Positions 27,946 to 37,559 of a DNA stretch of 48,698 nt are shown piece by piece (position 1 is the stretch's first letter; the number at the start of each line of letters is the position of its first letter). A program made the translations under genes and the position numbers. Location of the stretch: positions 1-48,698 of the IMG/VR virus record IMGVR_UViG_3300030331_006290; one strand, written 5' to 3'. Origin of the DNA: a virus. Taxonomy: Duplodnaviria > Caudoviricetes. The notes beneath the pieces are model-generated. The model made no database searches. It saw only the letters and a list, made by a program, of their open reading frames with translations, and had not been told where the DNA came from.

Positions 27946-28957
27946 TACGCCTTTATCTGCAAGCAGAATTAAAACGGCTGAGTCTTGTTCTTGGCTTTAT
28001 TGGTGTAAGTATAAGTTACATTTACCAGATAAAAGCAATGATGGCGCAAAAAGAGGTTCTATTTGCCATTTAATATTCGAAGTTTTAGGCGTAAAAAAAA
28101 GAAAAAAATACTTCAATAAAATAATAAAAACACAAAATGTTTTTTCTATCCCCTCTATCAAAAGGCTTATCTTAAAACATGCCGTTAAAGAAGGCGTTGA
28201 CGATCATGAAAATATAGAATTGATGAAAGATATGATATTCAATGGCCTAACTTATGATTTTTATGGGCATGAATTAGGAAAACCAACTAAAGAATATTCT
28301 GAAAAAGATTTTTTAATTGTAGAAAGTAATGGTGACATACAATATAAGATTAGAGGATTTATAGACAAACTGTTTTTATATAAAAGAAAAAAGTTTGCGA
28401 TTATAAGAGACTTTAAAACAAGCAAGTCAGTTTTTAAGGGTAAAGATTATACTGACAATCTTCAAGATCTAATGTATAGTTTAGCTGTTAAAAAAATGTT
28501 TCCAGAATATGCGACTAGAGTTAGTGAATTTTTATTCCTAAAATTTGATTTAGATGAAAATTCAACTAATAGCGGCTTAGTAAGAATGAAGCCTTTAGAT
28601 AATGAAGAGCTTTATGGATTTGAGATGCAATTATCTGAAATACAAAGATATTTAGATAACTTTACTATAAAAAATGCAAAAAGTAACTATGCAGCTTATA
28701 AAGACTTTCCAAAAGACGGCTCATTTAGTGGAAAACTTTTATGTGGATTTGCTAAGAAAAAAGGTGAATTAAAAATTGACGGCAATCCAAAATGGCACTG
28801 CCCTATGAAATTTGATTTTTTTTATTACAAAGTTTTTAATGAGAAAGGAGATCTACACTCCTCTGTTTTTGAGGAAGATTTTGATGAAAAATTGCTACCT
28901 AAGGGTTTCACTTATGAATTGAATTATTATGAAGGTTGTCCTGCTTATTTAAGTTGA
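27932..28957 (+). CDS. PD-(D/E)XK exonuclease (RecB/AddB/Cas4-like), possible Fe-S cluster
   Basis: LSASRIK...C, RGSICH, RGFIDKL, RDFKTSK, Q..MY, C-terminal cysteines. Confidence 0.8.
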   Translation: MNIPDTPLSASRIKTAESCSWLYWCKYKLHLPDKSNDGAKRGSICHLIFEVLGVKKRKKYFNKIIKTQNVFSIPSIKRLILKHAVKEGVDDHENIELMKDMIFNGLTYDFYGHELGKPTKEYSEKDFLIVESNGDIQYKIRGFIDKLFLYKRKKFAIIRDFKTSKSVFKGKDYTDNLQDLMYSLAVKKMFPEYATRVSEFLFLKFDLDENSTNSGLVRMKPLDNEELYGFEMQLSEIQRYLDNFTIKNAKSNYAAYKDFPKDGSFSGKLLCGFAKKKGELKIDGNPKWHCPMKFDFFYYKVFNEKGDLHSSVFEEDFDEKLLPKGFTYELNYYEGCPAYLS

Positions 28958-28981
28958 CACCTAGAAATAAGTCTATATATT
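28954..28981 (+). promoter_or_regulatory. Sigma-70-like promoter before the polymerase genes
   Basis: TTGACA(28954)-16 nt-TATATT; ATG at 28988. Confidence 0.55.
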
Positions 28982-28987
28982 TTTTAC

Positions 28988-29707
28988 ATGACCCCAGTTT
29001 TTAAGTCAGATTATTCTATAGGCAAAAGCATTTTAAATATAGATAATATTATAAATCTTTACAAAAAAAGTAATCAAAAGTTTTTATTACTAGTTGAAGA
29101 TTCAATGACTGGGTTTGTTAAAGCTCATAATATAACAAAACAAAATAATATTCATCTTGTTTTTGGATTAAGAATTTCTTGCTGTAATGATGTCAACAAA
29201 CAGACTGATAATTCAGACCATAAAGTTGTAATTTTGGCAAAAAATGATAAAGGGTGTAAATTATTAAATAAAATATATTCTTTTGCACATATAGGTAATG
29301 AAGGTAATATTGATTTTAATTATTTAAATAAAATATGGGACGACAATAGTTTGCAATTAGTCATACCTTTTTATGATTCATTTATATATCAAAACCAGCT
29401 GCACTTAAAAAATTGCATACCTAATTTTAATAAAATTAAACCTATTTTTTGGATAGAGAAAAACAATTTACCATTTGACGATATTATATCTCAAGCTGTT
29501 TTTGAGTATTGTAAGGATAAATATGATACAGAGTTGGTAAAAAGCGTTTTGTATGAAAAAAAAGATGATGCAGAGGCTTTACAGACATATAAAATTATAT
29601 GTGGCAGAAAGTTTGGTAGACCCTCCACATTAAGTTGCCCAAATTTAAATCATTTTGGTAGTAATGAATTTTGCTTTGAAAGTTTTGAGGAGTACGTAAA
29701 TGGATGA
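28988..29707 (+). CDS. Stand-alone PHP domain of DNA polymerase III alpha (metal ligands degenerate)
   Basis: FKSDYSIGKSIL, VEDSMTGFVK, LVFGLRI, HKVVILAKNDKGCKLL parallel the DnaE N-terminus. Confidence 0.8.
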   Translation: MTPVFKSDYSIGKSILNIDNIINLYKKSNQKFLLLVEDSMTGFVKAHNITKQNNIHLVFGLRISCCNDVNKQTDNSDHKVVILAKNDKGCKLLNKIYSFAHIGNEGNIDFNYLNKIWDDNSLQLVIPFYDSFIYQNQLHLKNCIPNFNKIKPIFWIEKNNLPFDDIISQAVFEYCKDKYDTELVKSVLYEKKDDAEALQTYKIICGRKFGRPSTLSCPNLNHFGSNEFCFESFEEYVNG

Positions 29708-30332
29708 TACCTTACTAAGATTTAATAAAAATCAAAAATATATTGTTTTTGATACCGAAACAGAGGGTTTGAATTTAATTACATCAAGACCTTGGCAAAT
29801 TGCTTGGCTTGTGGTAAAAGGTGATGAAATTCAAGAAAGGCATGATAAATTTATACATTGGCCTAATATAAATGTATCTGAAGGGGCAGCTAAAGTTACA
29901 GGTTTTTCAGAAAAAAAATACTATTCTAAGTGCTTAGCGCCAAATCAAGTATGGGATGAATTTTCTAAGTATTTGTATGATGAAGATACTTTGATAGTCG
30001 GTCAAAACTTACTTGGATTTGATGTATATATGATTGATGTCTGGCGTAGAGCGATGGGTAGAAAATTAGATCAGAGTTATATAAAAAGAATCATAGATAC
30101 TAAAGCTTTAGCGACCGCCATAGCTAAAAACATACCATATAATAATGATAAATTTATTAATTGGCAATATAGGCTTCTAAATTATAAGGAGAGAGGTTTA
30201 AAAACATCACAGGGTTTCTTGTTAAAGCATTATAACATAAAACACGACCCTAAAAAGCTTCATGACGCACTCTATGATATAGAGATGAATTTTAAAATAT
30301 TTAAAAAACAACTTTTTGATTTAGAGATATGA
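29700..30332 (+). CDS. DEDDh 3'-5' exonuclease (epsilon-like)
   Basis: VFDTETEG, GQNLLGFD, HDALYD. Confidence 0.9.
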   Translation: MDDTLLRFNKNQKYIVFDTETEGLNLITSRPWQIAWLVVKGDEIQERHDKFIHWPNINVSEGAAKVTGFSEKKYYSKCLAPNQVWDEFSKYLYDEDTLIVGQNLLGFDVYMIDVWRRAMGRKLDQSYIKRIIDTKALATAIAKNIPYNNDKFINWQYRLLNYKERGLKTSQGFLLKHYNIKHDPKKLHDALYDIEMNFKIFKKQLFDLEI

Positions 30333-32899
30333 AACTTTCAAGTTACAAGCCATATAAAACACCTTTCCCAGTTGGCGTAAAACTGCCAGAGATTAAGATA
30401 GAAAAAAAATATTACGACGAGGTTTCTTGCAAAGACCTGGAAGGTAACTATCAGTTCCTAAGAAAGCTTTGCTTTAATAGATTAAAACAAAAAGGCGTAC
30501 ATGAATTAGAAAATGCTCAAGTTTACTATGATAGATTAAAAGAAGAATTACAAATTTTTGAAGATCTTGGATTTATTGACTATGTTCTTTTAAACTGGGA
30601 CATAATAAATTTTTGTGTGCAGAATGATATCCCTGTTGGTGCAGGTAGAGGCAGCGCCGCTGGATCTTTGGTTCTATATGTTATTGGCGTAACGGATATA
30701 GATCCTATAGAGCATGATTTATTTTTTGAGAGATTTGTATCTAAAAGCAGAGCTAAAAAAATAGAACATAATGGTGAAATATATTTAGATGGCAGCTTAT
30801 TAGCTGATGTTGACAATGATATTTCCTATGATCGTAGATCTGAGGTCATTGAATACATTGAAAAAAAATTTAAAGGTAGGACTTCTAAAATTTTAACATT
30901 AAATACTCTAAGCAGTAAGCTTTGCATGAAAGAGTGTTGTAAAATAGTTGAAGAGCTTTCAGAAGCTGATGTCAATATAATTAGCGAAAGCATACCTAAA
31001 ACTTTTGGTAAAGTTGCAAGTTTAAATAATGCTTGCAATGAGAGTGAAACTTTTAAAAAACATGCAGATAATCATGCAAAAGCTTTTGCTATAGCAAAAA
31101 AATTAGAAGGTTTAAATAAAAACACAGGGGTACACCCTTCAGGCATATCAATATCATTTTTTGATTTAGAAGATATCATGCCTTTACAATTAACTAATGA
31201 CGATTCATTAGTATCATCTTATGATATGAATGATGTAGCTAGCTTAACAGTAAAGTTTGATATATTAGGTTTAAGAACTTTATCAGTTGTTAATGATGTC
31301 TGTAAACAGCTTGATATAAATGTAAAAGATATAAATCCTCATGATCCGTCAATATATTCAGCTTTGTCATGCTTACGCTGCCCTCAAGGATTATTTCAAA
31401 TTGAAGCAGATACAAACTATAAAGTTTGTCGCACTATATGCCCTAAAAGTTTAGAGGAGTTATCTGCTGTTGTTGCTATAGCAAGACCTGGAGCTTTAGA
31501 GTTCTTAGATTATTATGCAGCATATGCTAAAACAGGTGATTTTTCATCTGTTCATGAGTTTTTTGACGACATTTTAAGTTATACAGGAGGAATACCTCTA
31601 TACCAAGAGCAACTTATGAAAATGGCTGTGAAAGTGGGATTTAGTTTAGATGAATCTGAGCAGCTAAGAAGAATAATTGGTAAGAAAAAAGTTGATCAGA
31701 TGCCAGCTTGGAAGGCTAAAATAACAAAAAAAATAAAAGAAAATAATTTAGACCCTAAGATTGGTAAAGTCTTATGGAAGGTTGCTGAGGATTCAGCTAA
31801 TTATTCTTTTAATAAGTCGCATTCTATAAGTTATGCCTACTTAGCCGCAATAACAGTTTATTTAAAGTTTAATTATCCTAAAGAATTCTTTTTAAGTCTT
31901 TTAAAATATGCAAAATATGAGCCAAACTCTCATGAAGAGATAGCAAAAATTACTCAAGAGCTTTCATCATTTAATATCAAACTTTTACCACCTGATTTAA
32001 ATAAGTCTGATATAGATTTTAAAATAGAAGGCTCAAACATAAGATATGGATTAAATTCTATCAAAGGAGTTTCAGATAAAGTTTTAGAATCATTACTAAA
32101 TTTTAGAGAGGAGAGTTTTTCTAATAAGTATGATATTTTTGTCTGTGCTAAACAAGCTGGAATGAATATCGGAATTTTGTCAGCCTTGATACAAGCTGGA
32201 TTATTAGATTCTTTTGTTTCTTCAAATAGATGTCGCTTAGTTCTTGAAGCTCAAACATTTAATATACTAACTGATAGAGAAAAGCGTAATTTTATAGAAC
32301 TTGGATCAAAATATGATTTTGATATTTTAAATTCAGTGCATGATCAATATTCTACTAAGTCTGTTGGCGATGATGGAAGACTTATAATGACTCAAAAAAG
32401 ATTTCAAACTTTTAAAAAGAAGTATGGCCCATATAAAGATATTTACGAAATGAACAAAAAATACCTTAGATATGCTAATTGGTTTTTTGAAAATAAGTTG
32501 TTAGGCTATAGTTATTCACACAAATTAAAAGATATTTTTGATTTATCGCAAGACTTCATATCTGCTGAGAAAATTAAAATAGAATCTAATGAGGAATCTC
32601 CTGCTTTTACAGATTTAAAATTTATAGGTGTTGTTACAGATTCTGTAAAAAGAACTAGCAGAAACGGCAACAAATATGTTAGATTAGATTTACAAGATGA
32701 AAGCGCTCTCATAAGCGCTTTGTTTATGGATTCTGAAAGAGAGCAAAAATTAACAAATTATTTAAATTCTGGTAAAAAAATACCTAAAAAAGAGGATATT
32801 GTTGTAATTAATGGTAGATTAGGAGATGATATTATATTTATTGAAAAAATGCATTCATTAAAGGATAAAATCTACATGAAGTTATCTGAGATAAAATAG
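30329..32899 (+). CDS. dnaE: DNA polymerase III alpha catalytic core (no PHP domain)
   Basis: GRGSAAGSLV, FFERF, ADVDND, KFDILGL, LYQEQLM, YSFNKSH, YGLNSIKGV, C-terminal OB-like region. Confidence 0.95.
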   Translation: MKLSSYKPYKTPFPVGVKLPEIKIEKKYYDEVSCKDLEGNYQFLRKLCFNRLKQKGVHELENAQVYYDRLKEELQIFEDLGFIDYVLLNWDIINFCVQNDIPVGAGRGSAAGSLVLYVIGVTDIDPIEHDLFFERFVSKSRAKKIEHNGEIYLDGSLLADVDNDISYDRRSEVIEYIEKKFKGRTSKILTLNTLSSKLCMKECCKIVEELSEADVNIISESIPKTFGKVASLNNACNESETFKKHADNHAKAFAIAKKLEGLNKNTGVHPSGISISFFDLEDIMPLQLTNDDSLVSSYDMNDVASLTVKFDILGLRTLSVVNDVCKQLDINVKDINPHDPSIYSALSCLRCPQGLFQIEADTNYKVCRTICPKSLEELSAVVAIARPGALEFLDYYAAYAKTGDFSSVHEFFDDILSYTGGIPLYQEQLMKMAVKVGFSLDESEQLRRIIGKKKVDQMPAWKAKITKKIKENNLDPKIGKVLWKVAEDSANYSFNKSHSISYAYLAAITVYLKFNYPKEFFLSLLKYAKYEPNSHEEIAKITQELSSFNIKLLPPDLNKSDIDFKIEGSNIRYGLNSIKGVSDKVLESLLNFREESFSNKYDIFVCAKQAGMNIGILSALIQAGLLDSFVSSNRCRLVLEAQTFNILTDREKRNFIELGSKYDFDILNSVHDQYSTKSVGDDGRLIMTQKRFQTFKKKYGPYKDIYEMNKKYLRYANWFFENKLLGYSYSHKLKDIFDLSQDFISAEKIKIESNEESPAFTDLKFIGVVTDSVKRTSRNGNKYVRLDLQDESALISALFMDSEREQKLTNYLNSGKKIPKKEDIVVINGRLGDDIIFIEKMHSLKDKIYMKLSEIK

Positions 32900-32910
32900 T
32901 GTAAATACTT

Positions 32911-35352
32911 ATGATGGGTTTAACAGATTTCAACTTAACTCCAAAAGCTAAAAAATGTATAAAAGATTCTAAAGCTTTTGCACAGTCGAATAACCATAAA
33001 TTAGTAAATATAAGTCATTTAATTTATGGGTGTTTAATTAATTTATCTGATAGTTGTATAGTTAAATTAAAAAGTTTTGGATTTGATCCAGACATAAAAG
33101 AATTTTTAAAGTTATTCAAAGAATTTTGTAAAGAAAGAAAAGATTTATATGATACTGATGAAGAAGGTTGGCATGAAGAGGTCAATGAAGTCATCTTTTT
33201 TGCCAAAGATTTTTCAGACAACTTTGATAGTTATTTCATAGGGGTTGAGCACATACTTTACGTGATTTTTGATATGGATGGAGACTTTGTGAAATTTTTA
33301 AAAAGTAAAAATATTGATGTCCAATATGGCAAAGAAATAATAGAAGCTCATGTTATTGAAACAGCGATACCATCTTCAGATCAGGTTAAAAATATTTTTG
33401 ACATAGAGGGTAAAAAAGTTTTTTCTTTTGAGAAAGCTGACACTAAAAAAGCTTTAAAAAGCAGAGAAATATTAGACAAATACTGTGTCAATCTAAACCA
33501 TAAATTTATAGCAGAAAACTCCTCAACAATTTCCTGTAGAGACTCAGAAATAAATGAATTAATTGAAATTTTATTGAAAAAAAATAAATGTAATGCAGTG
33601 CTTATTGGCGATGCTGGTGTTGGCAAAACTGCCATAGTAGAGGGTTTAGCTCAAAAGATTGTAAATCAAAAAGTACCGTGCCATTTAGCTCTAATGCAGA
33701 TATATTCAGTTGATATCACCTCTATGCTCGCTGGTACAAAGTATCGTGGTGAGTTTGAACAAAGGTTCAAACAATTGATAGATGAAGTTTCTAAAGATGA
33801 AAATATTATATTATTTATTGATGAAATACATACTATAATTGGAGCTGGCAGCTCTGAGGGTGGTGTTGATGCGTCAAATATGTTAAAACCAGCGTTAGCT
33901 CGTGGTAACTTAAAATGTATAGGAGCTACAACTTTTCAAGAATATAAAAAATTCTTTGAAAAAGACTCTGCAATCACAAGACGCTTTGATAAAATTGTAG
34001 TTAATCAACCTAGCAAAGCTGATACTAAAAAAATAATAGTAAATACTCTAGAATACTATGAAGATTTTCATCATGTTAAATATGAAGAAAAAGAAATAGA
34101 TTTAATTTTAGATTTATGTGAAACATTCTTAAGTAATAAAAATTTTCCAGATAAAGCTTTTGATATAATAGATCAAGTTGGAGCTAAAACTAAAATAAAA
34201 TATTTTAAAAACTCAGATAAAGTAACTGATGCGCGTGGAACTTTTACTGATTTGATAAAAAATTTAGATTACGATTCAGAATTTGATGAAACTAAATTTA
34301 CTGAAATCATAAAAGATTATATCACCACAATGTCTACATTCATGGATTCAAAAGGTAGAGGTAGAAAAAGAAAAATTAGAGAAAAAGATATAATAGAAGT
34401 TGTTAGCGAAAAAAGTGGCATATCAAAAAAAGCCATCATGCAAAAAAAGAATATTTTTTCTAAATTTATGGAAAATATAAAATCTGAGGTCTTTGGCCAA
34501 GATGATGCATTAGAAAAAATACATAGCAATCTATCATGTGCTAAAACAGGTTTATCAGATAAAAATAAACCCTTATCGAGTTTTTTATTTATAGGATCTA
34601 CTGGAGTTGGTAAAACATTTACAGCTAAAAATATAGCTAAATACTTTTTTGGTAGTGAAAAATCTTATATACAACTCAACATGAGTGAGTATCAAGATAA
34701 AACTAGTATAAATAAATTAATTGGCGCAAGCGCTGGGTATGTTGGTTACGATGATGGCGGTATATTATCTGAGCATGTAAGAAACAATCCTAATTGTGTT
34801 GTTGTCTTTGATGAGATAGAAAAATGTGAACCTAAAATATTAGATATTTTGCTACATTTATTAGATGAAGGATATATCACAGACAATTTAAACAGAAAAA
34901 TTGACTTTAGTAACACAATAGTTGTTATGACATCAAATATAGGTCAAAGTCAGAAGCAGAAAAAAAGTATGGGCTTTTTAGATAATTCTGACAGTCCTAA
35001 AAAATTAGAAATATCTGCTGTAAAAAAATATTTAAGACCAGAATTAATATCAAGGATAGATGAGATATTGAGCTTCAATGATTTGCAAGATTCCGTTTAC
35101 TTAAGCATTATTACAAAAGAAATTAAAAACCTTAAAGAAAGATTACAGTTAAAAGGAGTTCACTTAAAGATAACTCCTCATGTTAAAAAATTTATTTTTA
35201 ATGAAATAAAAAATAAAAAAATTCATGCAAGAGATATAAAAAGTTTTGTAAAGAAATTTATTCAATTTCCTGTCTCTAAATACATGATGGAGCATAAAGA
35301 TATAGATACTGTTGGAGTTAAGATAAAAAACAAAAATATATTTTGCTTGTAA
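32911..35352 (+). CDS. ClpA/ClpC-type AAA+ unfoldase
   Basis: Two Clp-N repeats; GDAGVGKT, YRGEFE, FIDEIH; GSTGVGKT, GYVGY, FDEIEK; ClpP-binding-like SMGF loop. GTGTAAA at 32899. Confidence 0.9.
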   Translation: MMGLTDFNLTPKAKKCIKDSKAFAQSNNHKLVNISHLIYGCLINLSDSCIVKLKSFGFDPDIKEFLKLFKEFCKERKDLYDTDEEGWHEEVNEVIFFAKDFSDNFDSYFIGVEHILYVIFDMDGDFVKFLKSKNIDVQYGKEIIEAHVIETAIPSSDQVKNIFDIEGKKVFSFEKADTKKALKSREILDKYCVNLNHKFIAENSSTISCRDSEINELIEILLKKNKCNAVLIGDAGVGKTAIVEGLAQKIVNQKVPCHLALMQIYSVDITSMLAGTKYRGEFEQRFKQLIDEVSKDENIILFIDEIHTIIGAGSSEGGVDASNMLKPALARGNLKCIGATTFQEYKKFFEKDSAITRRFDKIVVNQPSKADTKKIIVNTLEYYEDFHHVKYEEKEIDLILDLCETFLSNKNFPDKAFDIIDQVGAKTKIKYFKNSDKVTDARGTFTDLIKNLDYDSEFDETKFTEIIKDYITTMSTFMDSKGRGRKRKIREKDIIEVVSEKSGISKKAIMQKKNIFSKFMENIKSEVFGQDDALEKIHSNLSCAKTGLSDKNKPLSSFLFIGSTGVGKTFTAKNIAKYFFGSEKSYIQLNMSEYQDKTSINKLIGASAGYVGYDDGGILSEHVRNNPNCVVVFDEIEKCEPKILDILLHLLDEGYITDNLNRKIDFSNTIVVMTSNIGQSQKQKKSMGFLDNSDSPKKLEISAVKKYLRPELISRIDEILSFNDLQDSVYLSIITKEIKNLKERLQLKGVHLKITPHVKKFIFNEIKNKKIHARDIKSFVKKFIQFPVSKYMMEHKDIDTVGVKIKNKNIFCL

Positions 35353-35353
35353 A

Positions 35354-36406
35354 ATGAGCTTACATTTATTCAATAATAAAGCTTATGTTTTAAATCCTCC
35401 AAGTTTAGAAAACTCTACTAAAGAGTTTGTTCTTGCAATTATAGATAAAATTTATAACAACTTAAATGTTGAATCCATAAAGTTATTAAATACTGGAATT
35501 AATTACGACACTTACTATTTAAAATGTTTAGATGGTAAATTTTATCTTTTAAAAGTATCTCTTGACCCAGAAAACACTCAACTATCTAGAGAAAGTCTTT
35601 TTTTAAAAAAATTAAAAAATTTTGCATCAGGGAAGTTTATTTGTTTAAAAAGAGTGAAAGTAGGAGATGATATACTTTGTTTACTAAGTCAATTCCCTGA
35701 TTGCTTAAACCTAAAAGATGTAGGTAGAGATTTTTTCCTAAAAAATGCAGACGTATTTTTTTGGACACATAAAGCTTTGGTTGAAAAAATTAAGCCAAAA
35801 CGATCAAAAAGTGGTTATCTCAAAGAATTAACTGAACATCAAGATTTTTCAAAAAATTTTACAAACAAAACAAAAAATTTAATAAAAGATTATACTGACT
35901 ACAATAGGTTAGAAAAAATTTTATTTAGCTTGCTTGATGATATCAGGAACACAGCTCCTAACATAAGTGATTTTAGCCCATGCTTGTCAAACATCACCAT
36001 TGATTCTATATTTTTAACTAATTCATTGTTTTTTTTCGATAAGTTAGAGGGTTGTTGTAAATATCATCCATACCTAGATTTATGTGATATTATATTAAAT
36101 TTAAGTTTTAATGATGAAGCTAAAGATCAAATAGTATCCTCATATAAAAATGTTTATGAAAATTTTAATGACGAAAAATTTAAAAGTTTTTATGATTTTT
36201 GCGTTAAAAAGAAACTATTAGAATGTCTTGGCGATTACCTAAGAGAAGTATATCAATTAAGATGTTTTAGAATAAGTAAAATAACTGATATCATGTCTAT
36301 ATTTTATTCTAATTTTAAAAACTTTAAAAAACTGCCTGTTTTCATAGATAATCAAGATTTTCTACTTAAAACAATAACTGAACCAGTTTTAGGTGCAAAA
36401 GCATAA
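35354..36406 (+). CDS. APH/choline-kinase-like fold protein, catalytic motifs degenerate
   Basis: NYDTYYL..FYLLKV...RESLFLK N-lobe; CLSNITIDSIF...FFFD..HPYLDLC where HGD...N/DWE would be. Confidence 0.5.
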   Translation: MSLHLFNNKAYVLNPPSLENSTKEFVLAIIDKIYNNLNVESIKLLNTGINYDTYYLKCLDGKFYLLKVSLDPENTQLSRESLFLKKLKNFASGKFICLKRVKVGDDILCLLSQFPDCLNLKDVGRDFFLKNADVFFWTHKALVEKIKPKRSKSGYLKELTEHQDFSKNFTNKTKNLIKDYTDYNRLEKILFSLLDDIRNTAPNISDFSPCLSNITIDSIFLTNSLFFFDKLEGCCKYHPYLDLCDIILNLSFNDEAKDQIVSSYKNVYENFNDEKFKSFYDFCVKKKLLECLGDYLREVYQLRCFRISKITDIMSIFYSNFKNFKKLPVFIDNQDFLLKTITEPVLGAKA

Positions 36407-36431
36407 TATTTAGTGTAAATATTAGTGCAAA

Positions 36432-37391
36432 ATGCCTATTCCAACTCCAAATGATAAAGAGAAAAGATCTGACTTTATGAGCAGATGTATTGCTGATTTA
36501 TCTGAAAAAGGCGAGTTCGGCGATAATAAACAAAGAGTCGCTGTTTGCATGTCACAATTTGAAAAAGCGTCAAAAAAAGCTTCTGTCACAGTCGGTAGCG
36601 AGCTTTTAGACGGCAAAGGTCCATGGAATGGACAAGATTTATTTTTTATACATAACACACCACAAACTAAAATGAGCGAAGCTACAGATAAAAAAATGTC
36701 CAAAGATAAAAAAATGGACGAGCAAGAGAGCAGGATATTTAAGTCCTATATGAGTCATTGTGCAATGAATGATGCAGAAATGGTTGATACTAAAGATATG
36801 AATATGGATAATACCATGAAAGCATGTGCTGTTCAATATGCAAAGGATAAACCGATGTTGATGGAAAATTCAAATGGCGAGCTTACAGAGAAACAAAAAA
36901 AACTTCCACCTGCTTTACAAGAGGCTATCCTTAAAAAAATGAAAGAGGAAGGTAAAGCTCATCATTATGGTAAGGATAAAAAGAACAAAGCTCATCATTA
37001 CGGCAAAGATAAAGAGACTAAAGCTAGCATTGGAAAACCTTATCCTGAATTAGACGAAAGACTTAAAAAAAGTCTAAAAGCCATGGATATGAAAGATAAG
37101 GATGAAAAAATGAAAGCTATGGATATGCCTGAAAAAGATAAAAAAATGAAAGCTATGGATATGCCCAAGAAGGATGATAAAATGAAAATGAGAGCCGCGA
37201 TGGACCCAATGGCTCATGGAAAACCAACAGCAAAAGAGGCAATTGAAGAGGGCAAAAAATTAGGTTTAACAGGTGTTCATATGCATAGAGGAAAAGATGG
37301 CAAACCTGTCTACATGCCTGGAAGAAATCATGAAGAATTCATGAAAAGGCATGACCAAATTCTAAAAGAAAAAGAAAAAAAAACGAAATAA
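36432..37391 (+). CDS. Lys/Met-rich modular protein, possibly head-associated
   Basis: Short modules MPIPTP..DFMSRC..QRVAVC, LTEKQKKLPPALQ, G.H.H...YMPG.NH plus tandem repeats; GTGTAAA at 36413. Confidence 0.65.
   Translation: MPIPTPNDKEKRSDFMSRCIADLSEKGEFGDNKQRVAVCMSQFEKASKKASVTVGSELLDGKGPWNGQDLFFIHNTPQTKMSEATDKKMSKDKKMDEQESRIFKSYMSHCAMNDAEMVDTKDMNMDNTMKACAVQYAKDKPMLMENSNGELTEKQKKLPPALQEAILKKMKEEGKAHHYGKDKKNKAHHYGKDKETKASIGKPYPELDERLKKSLKAMDMKDKDEKMKAMDMPEKDKKMKAMDMPKKDDKMKMRAAMDPMAHGKPTAKEAIEEGKKLGLTGVHMHRGKDGKPVYMPGRNHEEFMKRHDQILKEKEKKTK
36954..37184 (+). repeat. Coding tandem repeats: 2 x 33 bp (KAHHYGKDK..) and 3 x 36 bp (KAMDM..KD.KM)
   Basis: Units start at 36954 and 36987, then 37077, 37113 and 37149. 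Confidence 0.85.
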
Positions 37392-37519
37392 AGAGCAGTC
37401 TTTGGGAAAATATTAGAAAAAAAAGAGAACGCATTAAAAGAGGATCAGGTGAAAAAATGCGTAAAAAAGGTGATAAAGGTGCTCCTACATCTGACCAAAT
37501 AAAAAAAGCTCAAAAATAA
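37375..37519 (+). other. -1 frame extension of the upstream CDS across an A9 run
   Basis: The -1 frame reads NEIKSSLWENIRKKRERIKRGSGEKMRKKGDKGAPTSDQIKKAQK*. It has no ATG/GTG/TTG before the SLWENI module and an in-frame TGA at 37352. Confidence 0.7.
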
Positions 37520-37559
37520 TTTTATATAGAAAAAGGCTCATTTATTGATAGTATTGTGC

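Noticed and set aside
27932-28957. Cas4-like nuclease as part of a CRISPR system
   Set aside because: No cas1/cas2 or array; it sits in the replication block.
4833-32899. Inteins, introns or homing endonucleases in nrdAB, recA, dnaB, dnaE
   Set aside because: Proteins are of normal or short length, with no intein termini or LAGLIDADG/HNH motifs seen.
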